DNA of 14,633 bases. Origin: Candidatus Bathyarchaeia archaeon. Its GTDB lineage: Archaea > Thermoproteota > Bathyarchaeia > Bathyarchaeales > Bathycorpusculaceae. The translations under genes and the position numbers were made by a program. This document shows positions 1 through 8,553 of the stretch, piece by piece; within the stretch, counting starts at the first letter, position 1; every line of letters starts with the position of its first letter. Under the pieces are notes generated by a model. It searched no databases. It had not been told where the DNA came from and saw only the letters and a list, made by a program, of their open reading frames with translations. The stretch lies in contig JAVZNE010000015.1 of NCBI GenBank assembly GCA_038882975.1, positions 1 through 14,633 on the forward strand, read 5' to 3'.

Positions 1-106
1 CAGGCGTATGCTCAATAAGTGCTCCTATAAGCCAGCCTGCAAGTGTGAATAGGGCTATGCCGATGAATGCGAAGCTAAACTTCACCTTATCCATCACAAC
101 AATCAT
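1..106 (-). CDS. 5' part of a putative membrane or exported protein (runs off the left edge)
   Basis: Manual translation from ATG at 106 (or 94) gives MIVVMDKVKFSFAFIGIALFTLAGWLIGALIEHTP..., a basic N-region followed by a ~20-aa hydrophobic stretch. The frame is open to the edge and has a purine-rich leader (AGAGAAAGGG). Confidence 0.6.
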   Translation of the reverse strand, partial: MIVVMDKVKFSFAFIGIALFTLAGWLIGALIEHTP

Positions 107-233
107 CCCTTTCTCTATCAAACACTAGGCTGATTTAAAAGTTATAAGTTTAATCAACTTTGAAAATGCGGTTTAGTTTTAGGTAAACTTTTAATCTTCG
201 CCGCCGAATTTTCATGGTGCTGGTGTCTTTGGC
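107..233. promoter_or_regulatory. Divergent archaeal promoter region
   Basis: AT-rich spacer between divergent genes, with TATA-like elements TTTAAAA/TTATAA (134-147) and AAACTTTTAA (185-194). GGTG RBS-like motifs precede the TTG at 234. Confidence 0.45.
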
Positions 234-3026
234 TTGGTTACCTTACATCTTGACAAGATTTTTAACCCTAAAAGCGTGGCTGTTGTGGGTGCCAGTGACG
301 AGGAAGGTTCTGTAGGCTACGCCCTAATGAAAAATTTTCTGGAGGCTGGTTTTGAGGGGGAAGTTTACCCAGTAAATATCCGCAAAAAAGAGATTTTAGG
401 CGTAAAAGCCTACCAAACCGTAGAGCAGCTTCCAAAAACTGTTGATTTGGCAGTTATAGCCACTCCAGCCAAAACCGTTCCGGACGTGGTTGAGCAGTGC
501 GGCAGAGCCGGAATAAAAGGGCTAATAATTATAAGTGCTGGTTTTAAGGAGACCGGTCCAGAAGGCAAAGCCCTCGAGGATAAGATTCTTGAGATAAAGC
601 GGAAATACGATTTACGCATTATTGGACCCAACTGTTTGGGAATTATCCGCCCAAGCATACGCTTAAATGCAACGTTCATTAATAAGATGCCAAGACCCGG
701 CAACATTGCCTTCATAAGCCAAAGCGGAGCCCTCGGCACAGCCATACTAGACTGGGCTGTTCACGAAAATGTTGGCTTCAGCCACTTCGTCTCCGTAGGC
801 TCAATGATTGATGTGGACTTCGGCGATTTAATAGATTATTTTGGAACAGACCCGAAAACAAGGAGCATCCTCATGTATATTGAAGGCATAACCAACGCCC
901 GAAAGTTTATGAGCGCCGCAAGACACTTCGCCAGAACCAAGCCCATAATTGTTGTAAAGGCTGGAAAATACAGCGAAAGCGCAAGGGCAGCCGCCTCGCA
1001 TACGGGTTCGCTAACAGGCGAGGATGACGTTTATGATGCAGCGTTCAAACGTGCCGGAATAGTACGCGTAGAAGAAATAGCAGACCTATTCAACTGCGCC
1101 GAAGTTTTAGGCATGCAGCCGCTGCCTCGCGGTCCAAACCTTGCAATAATAACGAATGCTGGCGGTCCAGGCGTGATGGCTACCGACGCCCTCATAGGGA
1201 TGGGAGGCAAACTCGCAAAGCTAAGCTCCCGGACAATGGACTATCTCAACAGCATTCTTCCGCCATACTGGAGCCATGGAAACCCCATAGACATTTTAGG
1301 CGACGCCAAAGCCGACCGCTACAGAGCAGTTTTAGAAGCATGTCTAAACGACGAAAACGTTGACGGAATCCTCATCATTTACACGGCTCAAGCAGTGGCG
1401 GAACCTGTTGAAATTGCAAAGAGCTTAGTGGAGCTTTTGAAAAGCAAGGGGCAGCGGGGCAAAACAATCCTAACGTCTTTTATGGGTAAGAAGGCTGTGG
1501 AAGAAGCGAACCTCATATTTAACGCCAATGATATTCCAACTTTTTCCACTCCGGAGCAAGCGGTGAAAACCTACCTTTACATGTACCAGTATAAGCGAAA
1601 CCTCGAACTGCTCTATGAAACCCCCGAAGAATTGCCCGTGGACCTCTCTCCGCCAAAGCTTCCTATACTGGCTATTTTGAAGAGTGCAGCATTTGAAAAC
1701 CGTGAAGTGCTAACAGAGTTTGAAGCTAAAAAGGTTCTGGAGTTCTACAACTTTCCAGTTGTGAAGACTTATGTCGCCAAAGACGAGGATGAGGCTGCTA
1801 CCATCGCCTCGCGGATTGGCTATCCAGTGGTTTTGAAGATTCTTTCCCCGCAGATAGTTCATAAGACGGATGCTGGCGGCGTAATCCTCGACATTAAAAG
1901 CGAAGACGAAGTTAGAGAAGCCTTCAGAACCATAATGAAGAACGCCAAAAAATACGATCCGAAAGCCAAAATAATCGGCGTCACGGTTCAGCCGATGGTT
2001 AAGAAGCGTGGCTATGAGGTTATTTTAGGGTCAAAGAAGGACATAGTCTTCGGTCCAGTCATAATGTTTGGGATGGGCGGCATAGGCGTGGAGCTTTTCA
2101 AGGACTTCTCCATAGGCTTGCCGCCGCTAAACCAGACGTTGGCTAGACGCATGATGGAAGAAACCAAAGTCTACCAGCTTTTGAAAGGTTACCGCGGGAT
2201 GCCACCAGCCAACATTAAACGCCTAGAAGAAGTTATGGTTCTCTTCTCGCATATGCTAATAGACTTTCCACAAATAAAGGAGATTGACATCAACCCACTG
2301 CTTGTGGACGAAAAAGACGCCATAGCCATAGACGCCCGCATAATAATAGACAAAGAACTCCTATTCAAGAAGGTTGAGCCACACCAGCACTTGGTTATAA
2401 GCCCCTACCCTAAAAAGTATGAAACCTTATGGAAACTCCGAGACGGCAGAACAGTGCTGTTGAGACCCATAAAACCAGAAGACGAGCCTTTGTGGCTTGA
2501 AATGTTCAAAAACTGCTCAGAAGAGTCCATCCGCTACAAGCTTTTCCAGACCCTTAAGCACATGCCCCACGAGGTTAGAGTCCGCTACTGCAACATAGAC
2601 TATGACCGAGAAATAGCCATAGTCGCCGAACTAACAGAAAACGGCAAAAGAAAAATCATCGGAACAGCCAGAGTCAGCATAGAACTTGACGGAAAAACAG
2701 GCGAAATAGCCTTTCTGGTGGCGGATCCGTGGCAAGGCTTAGGTTTGGGAACAAAGCTCGTGGACTACGTTATAGAAATATGCAGAGAAAGAGGCCTAGA
2801 AAGCATTTATGGAATAATGCTTCCAGAAAATCGGAAAGCGATTGAGCTTATGCGAAACTTAGGCTTCCAGCTGAAGTATATGGAGGACGGCACAATAAGG
2901 GGAACCCTAAACTTAAAAGAAGAGGAACTACCAATCAAACCATTGGAAAAAGCGACAGCAATGGAAACTGCGCTCAGCGTGGAAAAGACGACAGACAAAG
3001 AGGCTGAAAAAGCAGCAACAAACTAA
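234..3026 (+). CDS. Acetate/acyl-CoA ligase (ADP-forming) family protein fused to a C-terminal GNAT acetyltransferase (Pat/PatZ-like architecture)
   Basis: CoA-binding domain (FNPKSVAVVGAS, GPNCLG), SQSGA, ASHTGSL (H256), ATP-grasp region (GYPVVLKILSPQIVHKTDAGGV, EIDINPL) and GNAT (LRPIKPED, EIAFLVADPWQGLGLGTKL). TTG start. Confidence 0.92.
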   Translation: MVTLHLDKIFNPKSVAVVGASDEEGSVGYALMKNFLEAGFEGEVYPVNIRKKEILGVKAYQTVEQLPKTVDLAVIATPAKTVPDVVEQCGRAGIKGLIIISAGFKETGPEGKALEDKILEIKRKYDLRIIGPNCLGIIRPSIRLNATFINKMPRPGNIAFISQSGALGTAILDWAVHENVGFSHFVSVGSMIDVDFGDLIDYFGTDPKTRSILMYIEGITNARKFMSAARHFARTKPIIVVKAGKYSESARAAASHTGSLTGEDDVYDAAFKRAGIVRVEEIADLFNCAEVLGMQPLPRGPNLAIITNAGGPGVMATDALIGMGGKLAKLSSRTMDYLNSILPPYWSHGNPIDILGDAKADRYRAVLEACLNDENVDGILIIYTAQAVAEPVEIAKSLVELLKSKGQRGKTILTSFMGKKAVEEANLIFNANDIPTFSTPEQAVKTYLYMYQYKRNLELLYETPEELPVDLSPPKLPILAILKSAAFENREVLTEFEAKKVLEFYNFPVVKTYVAKDEDEAATIASRIGYPVVLKILSPQIVHKTDAGGVILDIKSEDEVREAFRTIMKNAKKYDPKAKIIGVTVQPMVKKRGYEVILGSKKDIVFGPVIMFGMGGIGVELFKDFSIGLPPLNQTLARRMMEETKVYQLLKGYRGMPPANIKRLEEVMVLFSHMLIDFPQIKEIDINPLLVDEKDAIAIDARIIIDKELLFKKVEPHQHLVISPYPKKYETLWKLRDGRTVLLRPIKPEDEPLWLEMFKNCSEESIRYKLFQTLKHMPHEVRVRYCNIDYDREIAIVAELTENGKRKIIGTARVSIELDGKTGEIAFLVADPWQGLGLGTKLVDYVIEICRERGLESIYGIMLPENRKAIELMRNLGFQLKYMEDGTIRGTLNLKEEELPIKPLEKATAMETALSVEKTTDKEAEKAATN

Positions 3027-3158
3027 CATTCTCTTTATATTTTAAACTTGAATTAAGCTTAATGAAGCATATTTTTCTATTTACTCAATGAGCTAAATTT
3101 AAATTATAGAAGCTGCAATAATCTAGCTTCATTAAAATTATATATAACTGGTGAGAGA
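3027..3158 (+). promoter_or_regulatory. Terminator tract plus promoter/operator region of the mvh-hdr operon
   Basis: T-rich tract after the stop codon, TATA-like AAATTTAAATTATA (~3095-3108), several inverted repeats, and RBS GGTGA at 3150-3154 before ATG 3159. Confidence 0.55.
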
Positions 3159-4109
3159 ATGGAGAAAACCCAGAAACTGAAGTTCGCCTTTTACTGGGCA
3201 GCAAGTTGTGGCGGATGCGAAATCGCCGTTCTGGACATCAACGAGAAAATCTTGGATGTAATAGCCAAAGCAGACATCGTTTTTTGGCCCGTAGCCATGG
3301 ACATAAAATATAAGGATGTTGAAGCCATGCCCGACAAAAGCATAGACGTCTGCTTCTTCAATGGCGCTATCCGAAACAGCGAGCAAGAGTATATGGCGAA
3401 ACTGTTGAGGCAAAAGTCTAAGGTGCTTGTGGCTTTCGGCTCATGCGCTTGCGACGGCAGCGTCGTAGGCCTAGGCAACCTGTGGAACAGAGAGAAAATC
3501 TTCGAAAGAGCCTACTTCGAAACTCCTTCAACAAGGAATCCTGAAGGAGTAACGCCCCAAACAAGATTTAAAGTGCCGCAGGGCGAGCTTGAGCTTCCAG
3601 AGTTTTACGACACTGTTAAGACTTTAGCGCAAACAGTTGACGTGGACTACTTCATTTCTGGCTGTCCACCACCGGTGCCAAGGGTTATCGATGCCCTAGA
3701 AGCTATCCTAAACGGGAAACTTCCGCCGAAGGGCGCAAACCTCCTCTTCAACAAGTCGGTCTGCGATGAATGCCCAAGAGAAAAGAAAGACCGAAAAATC
3801 ACTCAGGTAAAGCGAATCTACGAGATAGAAGACGACTATAAAACGTGCTTCCTAGACCAGGGCGTAATATGCATGGGACCCGCCACGAGAGGCGGATGCA
3901 GCGCCCAATGCTTAAAGGCGAACATACCATGCACAGGATGCGGCGGACCAGCACCTAGAGTGGCAGATCAAGGTGCAGCCATGATAAGCGCCTTCGCCTC
4001 CATAGCCACGGACCCAAAAGTCATCCAGCAAGTCGTTGACCCTGTTGGAACCTTCTACAAGTATTCTCTGGCTAATTCCCTTCTAAGGAGGAGGGTGATG
4101 CGTCCATGA
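3159..4109 (+). CDS. mvhG: F420-non-reducing [NiFe]-hydrogenase small subunit
   Basis: SCGGC, GSCA, GCPP, CDEC and CFL-x4-ICMGPATRGGC-x3-C-x6-CTGC Fe-S motifs. ATGA overlap with the large subunit gene. Confidence 0.92.
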   Translation: MEKTQKLKFAFYWAASCGGCEIAVLDINEKILDVIAKADIVFWPVAMDIKYKDVEAMPDKSIDVCFFNGAIRNSEQEYMAKLLRQKSKVLVAFGSCACDGSVVGLGNLWNREKIFERAYFETPSTRNPEGVTPQTRFKVPQGELELPEFYDTVKTLAQTVDVDYFISGCPPPVPRVIDALEAILNGKLPPKGANLLFNKSVCDECPREKKDRKITQVKRIYEIEDDYKTCFLDQGVICMGPATRGGCSAQCLKANIPCTGCGGPAPRVADQGAAMISAFASIATDPKVIQQVVDPVGTFYKYSLANSLLRRRVMRP

Positions 4110-5563
4110 AAGAGATAGTTATAAACCCTATCACACGGCTCGAGGGTCACGGGAAAATAACCATATTCCTCAACGAAGAGGGCGACGTGGACGAAGCCTA
4201 CTTCCAAGTTCCAGAACTCAGAGGCTTTGAAAAGTTCTGCGAAGGCCGCAGAGCCGAAGACCTGCCCATCATAACGCCCCGTATATGTGGCGTTTGCCCA
4301 GTAGCCCACCATATGGCCAGCGCCAAAGCCCTAGACGCTGCCTTCAATGTTGAACCGCCAGAGCCAGCCAAAAAACTCCGCGAACTCATGTACTGCGGCT
4401 ACTACCTATACGACCACACACTTCACTTCTACTATCTAGGCGGGCCGGACTTCGTTGTTGGGCCAGACGCGCCACCAGAAAAACGCAATGTTTTAGGCGT
4501 CATTGAGAAGGCAGGCCTTGAAATAGGCAAGGAAGTTATAAAGCATAGGGCTTATGGCCAAAAAATAACGGAAATTTTAGGTGGAAAAGCAACCCACCCG
4601 GTAAGCGCTTGCATTCCCGGCGGATTTGCACGGCCAATCTCAGAAGAAGAGCGCCGAGAAATTGAGCGCATGGTGAGAAGCTGCCTAGAATTCGCCAAGT
4701 TCTCGCTGAAACTCTTCGACGACATAGTGCTGAAAAACACCACCTACGTGGACTTGATTAAAAGCGAGGCTTACACGCTCAAAACCTACTATATGGGTTT
4801 GGTGGACAAAAACAACAAAGTGAACTTCTACGATGGAAATGTCCGCGTAGTAGACCCCAACGGATGCGAATTCGTCAAATTCTCGCCTAAGGAGTATTTG
4901 GACGTTATTGAAGAGCGTGTGGAGCCATGGACCTACGTTAAACTTCCATACCTGAAAAAAGTGGGATGGAAAGGCTTCGTAGACGGAGCCGAAAACGGCG
5001 TTTACAGAGTCGGCCCTCTTGGAAGGCTTAATGCGGCTGATGGCATGGCAACACCCCTAGCCCAAGCCGAATACGAGCGCATGTACTCCACACTAGGCGG
5101 AAAACCAGTTCATAACACATTGGCTTACCACTGGGCAAGGCTTATTGAATTATTGTATGCGGCTGAACGCGCCCTAGAACTTGTAACAGACCCGGAAATA
5201 ACAAGCAAAAACGTTCGCAACAAACCCGGCAAACCGGGAGAAGGCGTGGGCATTGTGGAAGCCGCCCGTGGAACGCTTATCCACCATTATCAGTTGGACG
5301 AGAACGCCCTAGCCAAGAAAGTCAACCTGATTGTGGCTACTACGCATAATGTTCCCGGCATTTGCATGTCAATTAGGGATGCAGCCAAAGGCTTAATCAA
5401 GAAGGGCAAAGTGACCGACGGCATATTAAACATGATTGAAATGGCCTTTAGGGCTTATGACCCATGTTTCGCATGCGCCACTCATTTTGCCGTTGGCCAA
5501 ATGCCTTTGGAGGTGGAAATTTATGACAGCGAGAAGAGGCTCATCCAAAGAATCAAAAGGTAA
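4106..5563 (+). CDS. mvhA: F420-non-reducing [NiFe]-hydrogenase large subunit (group 3c by context)
   Basis: TRLEGHG, RGFEKF, L1 motif RICGVCPVAH, EAARGTLIHHY and L2 motif AYDPCFACATH, followed by a cleavable C-terminal extension. Adjacent to hdr genes. Confidence 0.95.
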   Translation: MKEIVINPITRLEGHGKITIFLNEEGDVDEAYFQVPELRGFEKFCEGRRAEDLPIITPRICGVCPVAHHMASAKALDAAFNVEPPEPAKKLRELMYCGYYLYDHTLHFYYLGGPDFVVGPDAPPEKRNVLGVIEKAGLEIGKEVIKHRAYGQKITEILGGKATHPVSACIPGGFARPISEEERREIERMVRSCLEFAKFSLKLFDDIVLKNTTYVDLIKSEAYTLKTYYMGLVDKNNKVNFYDGNVRVVDPNGCEFVKFSPKEYLDVIEERVEPWTYVKLPYLKKVGWKGFVDGAENGVYRVGPLGRLNAADGMATPLAQAEYERMYSTLGGKPVHNTLAYHWARLIELLYAAERALELVTDPEITSKNVRNKPGKPGEGVGIVEAARGTLIHHYQLDENALAKKVNLIVATTHNVPGICMSIRDAAKGLIKKGKVTDGILNMIEMAFRAYDPCFACATHFAVGQMPLEVEIYDSEKRLIQRIKR

Positions 5564-5588
5564 AGTTGTAAGGAGAAAAAGGAGGGAA

Positions 5589-8015
5589 ATGAAGGTGAAA
5601 ACTGTTGAAGAGGCAAAAGTTGGAGTCTTCCTATCCGACTGCGGTGGGCAAATAGCAAAAATCCTCGACTTTGAAGCCTTAACAAACTTTGTTAAGACTG
5701 TTCCAGGAGTCGCTCTTGTCGCTAGGGGAAGCGAATTCTGGCGGGGTGAAGGCCTAAAAACTATAGTAGACGCCGTTAAAACCAAGAAGATAAACCGTGT
5801 CGTCGTCGCAGAGACGATACCAAAAATAAGCGAAATAGCCATCGCAAAAGCCGTAGAAGAGGCTGGACTTAACCCGCATTTGGTGGAGGTTTTAGACTTA
5901 AAAGACCATTGCGCATGGCCTCACAGGAACACGCCGAGAGAGGCTACTGAAAAGGCTAAGGCAATGCTCCTAGCTGCCATTGAGAAGGCCAAACTTCTAG
6001 AACCAGTAGAGAAAGCCGAATTCCCAGCCCTCAAATCCATCCTTGTTATTGGCGGCGGAATAGCTGGAATGCAGGCTGCCGAAGACTTGGCGGACATGGG
6101 CTTCCAAGTTCACTTGATAGAGAAAGAGCCTTTCTTAGGCGGTTTAGCCGCTAAAGCTGTCCGTTTCTTCCCAACGGACGACTGTGCCATATGCATTCAG
6201 TCTCCAGCAACGGACCTAAAAACAGTGACCCAAACATCGAGGAAATGCGTTTACCGTTCTGGCTTCTCAGAGATTCCAAACTTGAGTGTTTTGACAAACG
6301 CTAAAGTCGTGAAGGTTGAGGGCGGCCCGGGAAACTTCAAGGTGACTGTTGAACGGAAACCCCGTTATGTGGACGAGAAAAAGTGTGTGGCATGCGACCT
6401 ATGCACAAGCGTCTGCCCAGTCGAAGTGCCAGACGAATATAACGCCAAACTCACAAAGCGGAAAGCCATCTACATAAACAAGCCTCTGGTTTACCCGCCA
6501 GCCTACGCCATAGACGTCAAAGCCTGCAAGTTCCATGAGTGCGCCAAATGCGTTGAGGTTTGCCCAACAAAAGCCGTCAATCTGGACCAGAAAACTGAAC
6601 ATGTGACACTTAACGTCGGGAGCATAATTGTGGCTACCGGCTTCCGCGAATATGACCCAAGCGTCATTAAAGAGTATCATTACGGCGAATACCCCGATGT
6701 GATAACGCATCTGGAATTGGCGAGGATGCTGGACGCTTTCGGCCCGACAGGCGGGGTGCCAGTTAAGCCTTCAGATAGAAAACCAGCAAAGCGCATTGTT
6801 TTTGTGCAGTGTGTAGGCTCAAGGGACAGACGCTGGAACCCCTACTGCTCGAGTATTTGCTGTATGATTTCGCTGAAGCACGCCACACTGATTAAAGAGG
6901 CTTATCCAGACGCCGACGTGACCATATGCTACATAGACATCCGAACAACAGGCAGGGAACACGAATATTATTATGAGAAAGCAAGGGAAATGGGCGTAAA
7001 ATTCGTTAAGGGAAGACCATCCGAAATAATCCACGATCCAGCCACAAACACACTGATTGTTGAGGTTGAAGACGAGCTTTTAAGAAGGCTCTTGGAATTG
7101 GAAGCAGACCTAGTGGTTTTAGCCACAGCCATGGTTCCATCCGAAGACGCAAAGGAGCTGGCGCAAATCCTAGGCATAGAATTGGACCAAGACGGCTTCT
7201 TTAAGGAGTATAACGCCAAGCTTAGGCCTACTGAAACAAAGCGGAGAGGCATATTCATCTGCGGAGGCGCCGTCTTTCCGAAGGACGCCCCAACGGCCTC
7301 GCTTCACGCCTATTCGGCGGCTGTTAAGGCGGCCAAATTCCTCATGAATGGCAAAATAGTCAAGGACTTGAAGGTGGCTGTTGTAAACGAGGATTATTGT
7401 GGCAACTGCCAGTTCTGCCCAGTAACATGCCCATACAACGCTATAACTCTTGAGCCGAAAGGCGATGGCCACTTTGTGGCTAAGGTTTCAGAACTCATAT
7501 GCGAGGGCTGCGGCGTCTGTGTTGGCACATGCCCAGTCGGCGCCATAGAACTCCGCCACCTAAAGCCAAGCCAAATATCAGCCCAAATAAAAGCGCTATT
7601 ATCTATTAATGGCACTTCAAAGCCGCTGGTGCTGGCCTTCAGCTGTTCAGAATGCGGCCACGCAGCCATAGACTCTTCTGGAATGGGTATGATGAGCTAT
7701 CCAGCCAATGTTAGAGTGTTGCGGGTTCCATGCACTGGCATAATCCAAGTCCAGCACATCCTAGAAGCCTTTAAAGCTGGAGCCCAAGGCGTTATGGTGG
7801 TTGGTTGCAAGCCCGACGGATGCCACTATGAAGTTGGAAGCCAAAAAGCCCAGAAGAAAGTGGAAATGGCGAAGACGCTTCTCCAAGCCTACGGCATAGA
7901 ACCAGAAAGACTTGAAATGTTTAACTTAGTCTTCATAGAAGGCGACAAATTCGCAGAAGCAGCCAAAGCCATGACCGAAAGAGTAGAAAGGCTAGGCTTA
8001 CTCCAACTAGCCTAA
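5589..8015 (+). CDS. hdrA: Heterodisulfide reductase subunit A-like flavoprotein fused to a C-terminal MvhD [2Fe-2S] domain (~808 aa)
   Basis: Start moved to ATG 5589, which follows RBS GGAGGG (5581-5586) and avoids overlap with mvhA. Motifs: VIGGGIAG (FAD), FPTDDCAIC, inserted ferredoxin, QCVGSRD-x5-PYCSSICC, C-terminal 2x[4Fe-4S], and MvhD part (FSCSEC, RVPCTG, GCKPDGCHY, GIEPERL). Confidence 0.92.
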   Translation: MKVKTVEEAKVGVFLSDCGGQIAKILDFEALTNFVKTVPGVALVARGSEFWRGEGLKTIVDAVKTKKINRVVVAETIPKISEIAIAKAVEEAGLNPHLVEVLDLKDHCAWPHRNTPREATEKAKAMLLAAIEKAKLLEPVEKAEFPALKSILVIGGGIAGMQAAEDLADMGFQVHLIEKEPFLGGLAAKAVRFFPTDDCAICIQSPATDLKTVTQTSRKCVYRSGFSEIPNLSVLTNAKVVKVEGGPGNFKVTVERKPRYVDEKKCVACDLCTSVCPVEVPDEYNAKLTKRKAIYINKPLVYPPAYAIDVKACKFHECAKCVEVCPTKAVNLDQKTEHVTLNVGSIIVATGFREYDPSVIKEYHYGEYPDVITHLELARMLDAFGPTGGVPVKPSDRKPAKRIVFVQCVGSRDRRWNPYCSSICCMISLKHATLIKEAYPDADVTICYIDIRTTGREHEYYYEKAREMGVKFVKGRPSEIIHDPATNTLIVEVEDELLRRLLELEADLVVLATAMVPSEDAKELAQILGIELDQDGFFKEYNAKLRPTETKRRGIFICGGAVFPKDAPTASLHAYSAAVKAAKFLMNGKIVKDLKVAVVNEDYCGNCQFCPVTCPYNAITLEPKGDGHFVAKVSELICEGCGVCVGTCPVGAIELRHLKPSQISAQIKALLSINGTSKPLVLAFSCSECGHAAIDSSGMGMMSYPANVRVLRVPCTGIIQVQHILEAFKAGAQGVMVVGCKPDGCHYEVGSQKAQKKVEMAKTLLQAYGIEPERLEMFNLVFIEGDKFAEAAKAMTERVERLGLLQLA

Positions 8016-8046
8016 CTAAAAACGAGGATTCATGGAGGAGCCAAAA

Positions 8047-8553
8047 ATGGCTGGAGAAAAACCCCTCGACTTTGCAAGGGAGATAACAAGCAGACTCGGC
8101 GGGGAAACAATAACCCGCTGCTACCAATGCGGCACATGCGCCAGCACATGCCCAGTCGCAAGGACAACAGAACGCTACAACCCCCGCCAAATAATAAGGC
8201 TAGCCCTACTAGGGCAAAGAGATGAGGTCCTTAAAGGCGACTCCATATGGCTTTGCGCCTCATGCTACAACTGCCAAGAACGCTGCCCCCAAAAAGTTGA
8301 GATTGCAGACGTTATATACGCCTTAAGAAACATAGCCATCAGAGAAGGCAACATACCAGCCATATACACAGAATTCGCCGCCGGACTCATGAGCGAAGGA
8401 CGCTTAGCCCCAATATCAAAATTCCTAGAAAAGAAAAGAGCCGACTACGGCTTGCCGCCGCTAAAGCCCACGGGCATGGAAGCCGTCAAAAAAATCCTGG
8501 CAGCAACGGGCTTCGATAAAGTCATGTTTAAGAAGGAAGGTGCATCACAATGA
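8047..8553 (+). CDS. hdrC: Heterodisulfide reductase subunit C
   Basis: CYQCGTCASTCP and IWLCASCYNCQERCP motifs. GGAGGAG (8034-8040) favours ATG 8047 over 8032. Confidence 0.92.
   Translation: MAGEKPLDFAREITSRLGGETITRCYQCGTCASTCPVARTTERYNPRQIIRLALLGQRDEVLKGDSIWLCASCYNCQERCPQKVEIADVIYALRNIAIREGNIPAIYTEFAAGLMSEGRLAPISKFLEKKRADYGLPPLKPTGMEAVKKILAATGFDKVMFKKEGASQ

Noticed and set aside
5436-5588. 51-aa N-terminal extension of HdrA in the ORF track
   Set aside because: It overlaps the mvhA 3' end by 128 nt. HdrA homology and a strong RBS begin at ATG 5589.
3159-8015. Selenocysteine recoding ([NiFeSe]/Vhu-type, Sec-HdrA)
   Set aside because: No in-frame TGA occurs. The L2 motif (DPCFAC) and the HdrA CxxC use Cys codons.
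6368-8015. HdrA-MvhD fusion as a novelty in itself
   Set aside because: Such fusions are already known in various archaea and bacteria.
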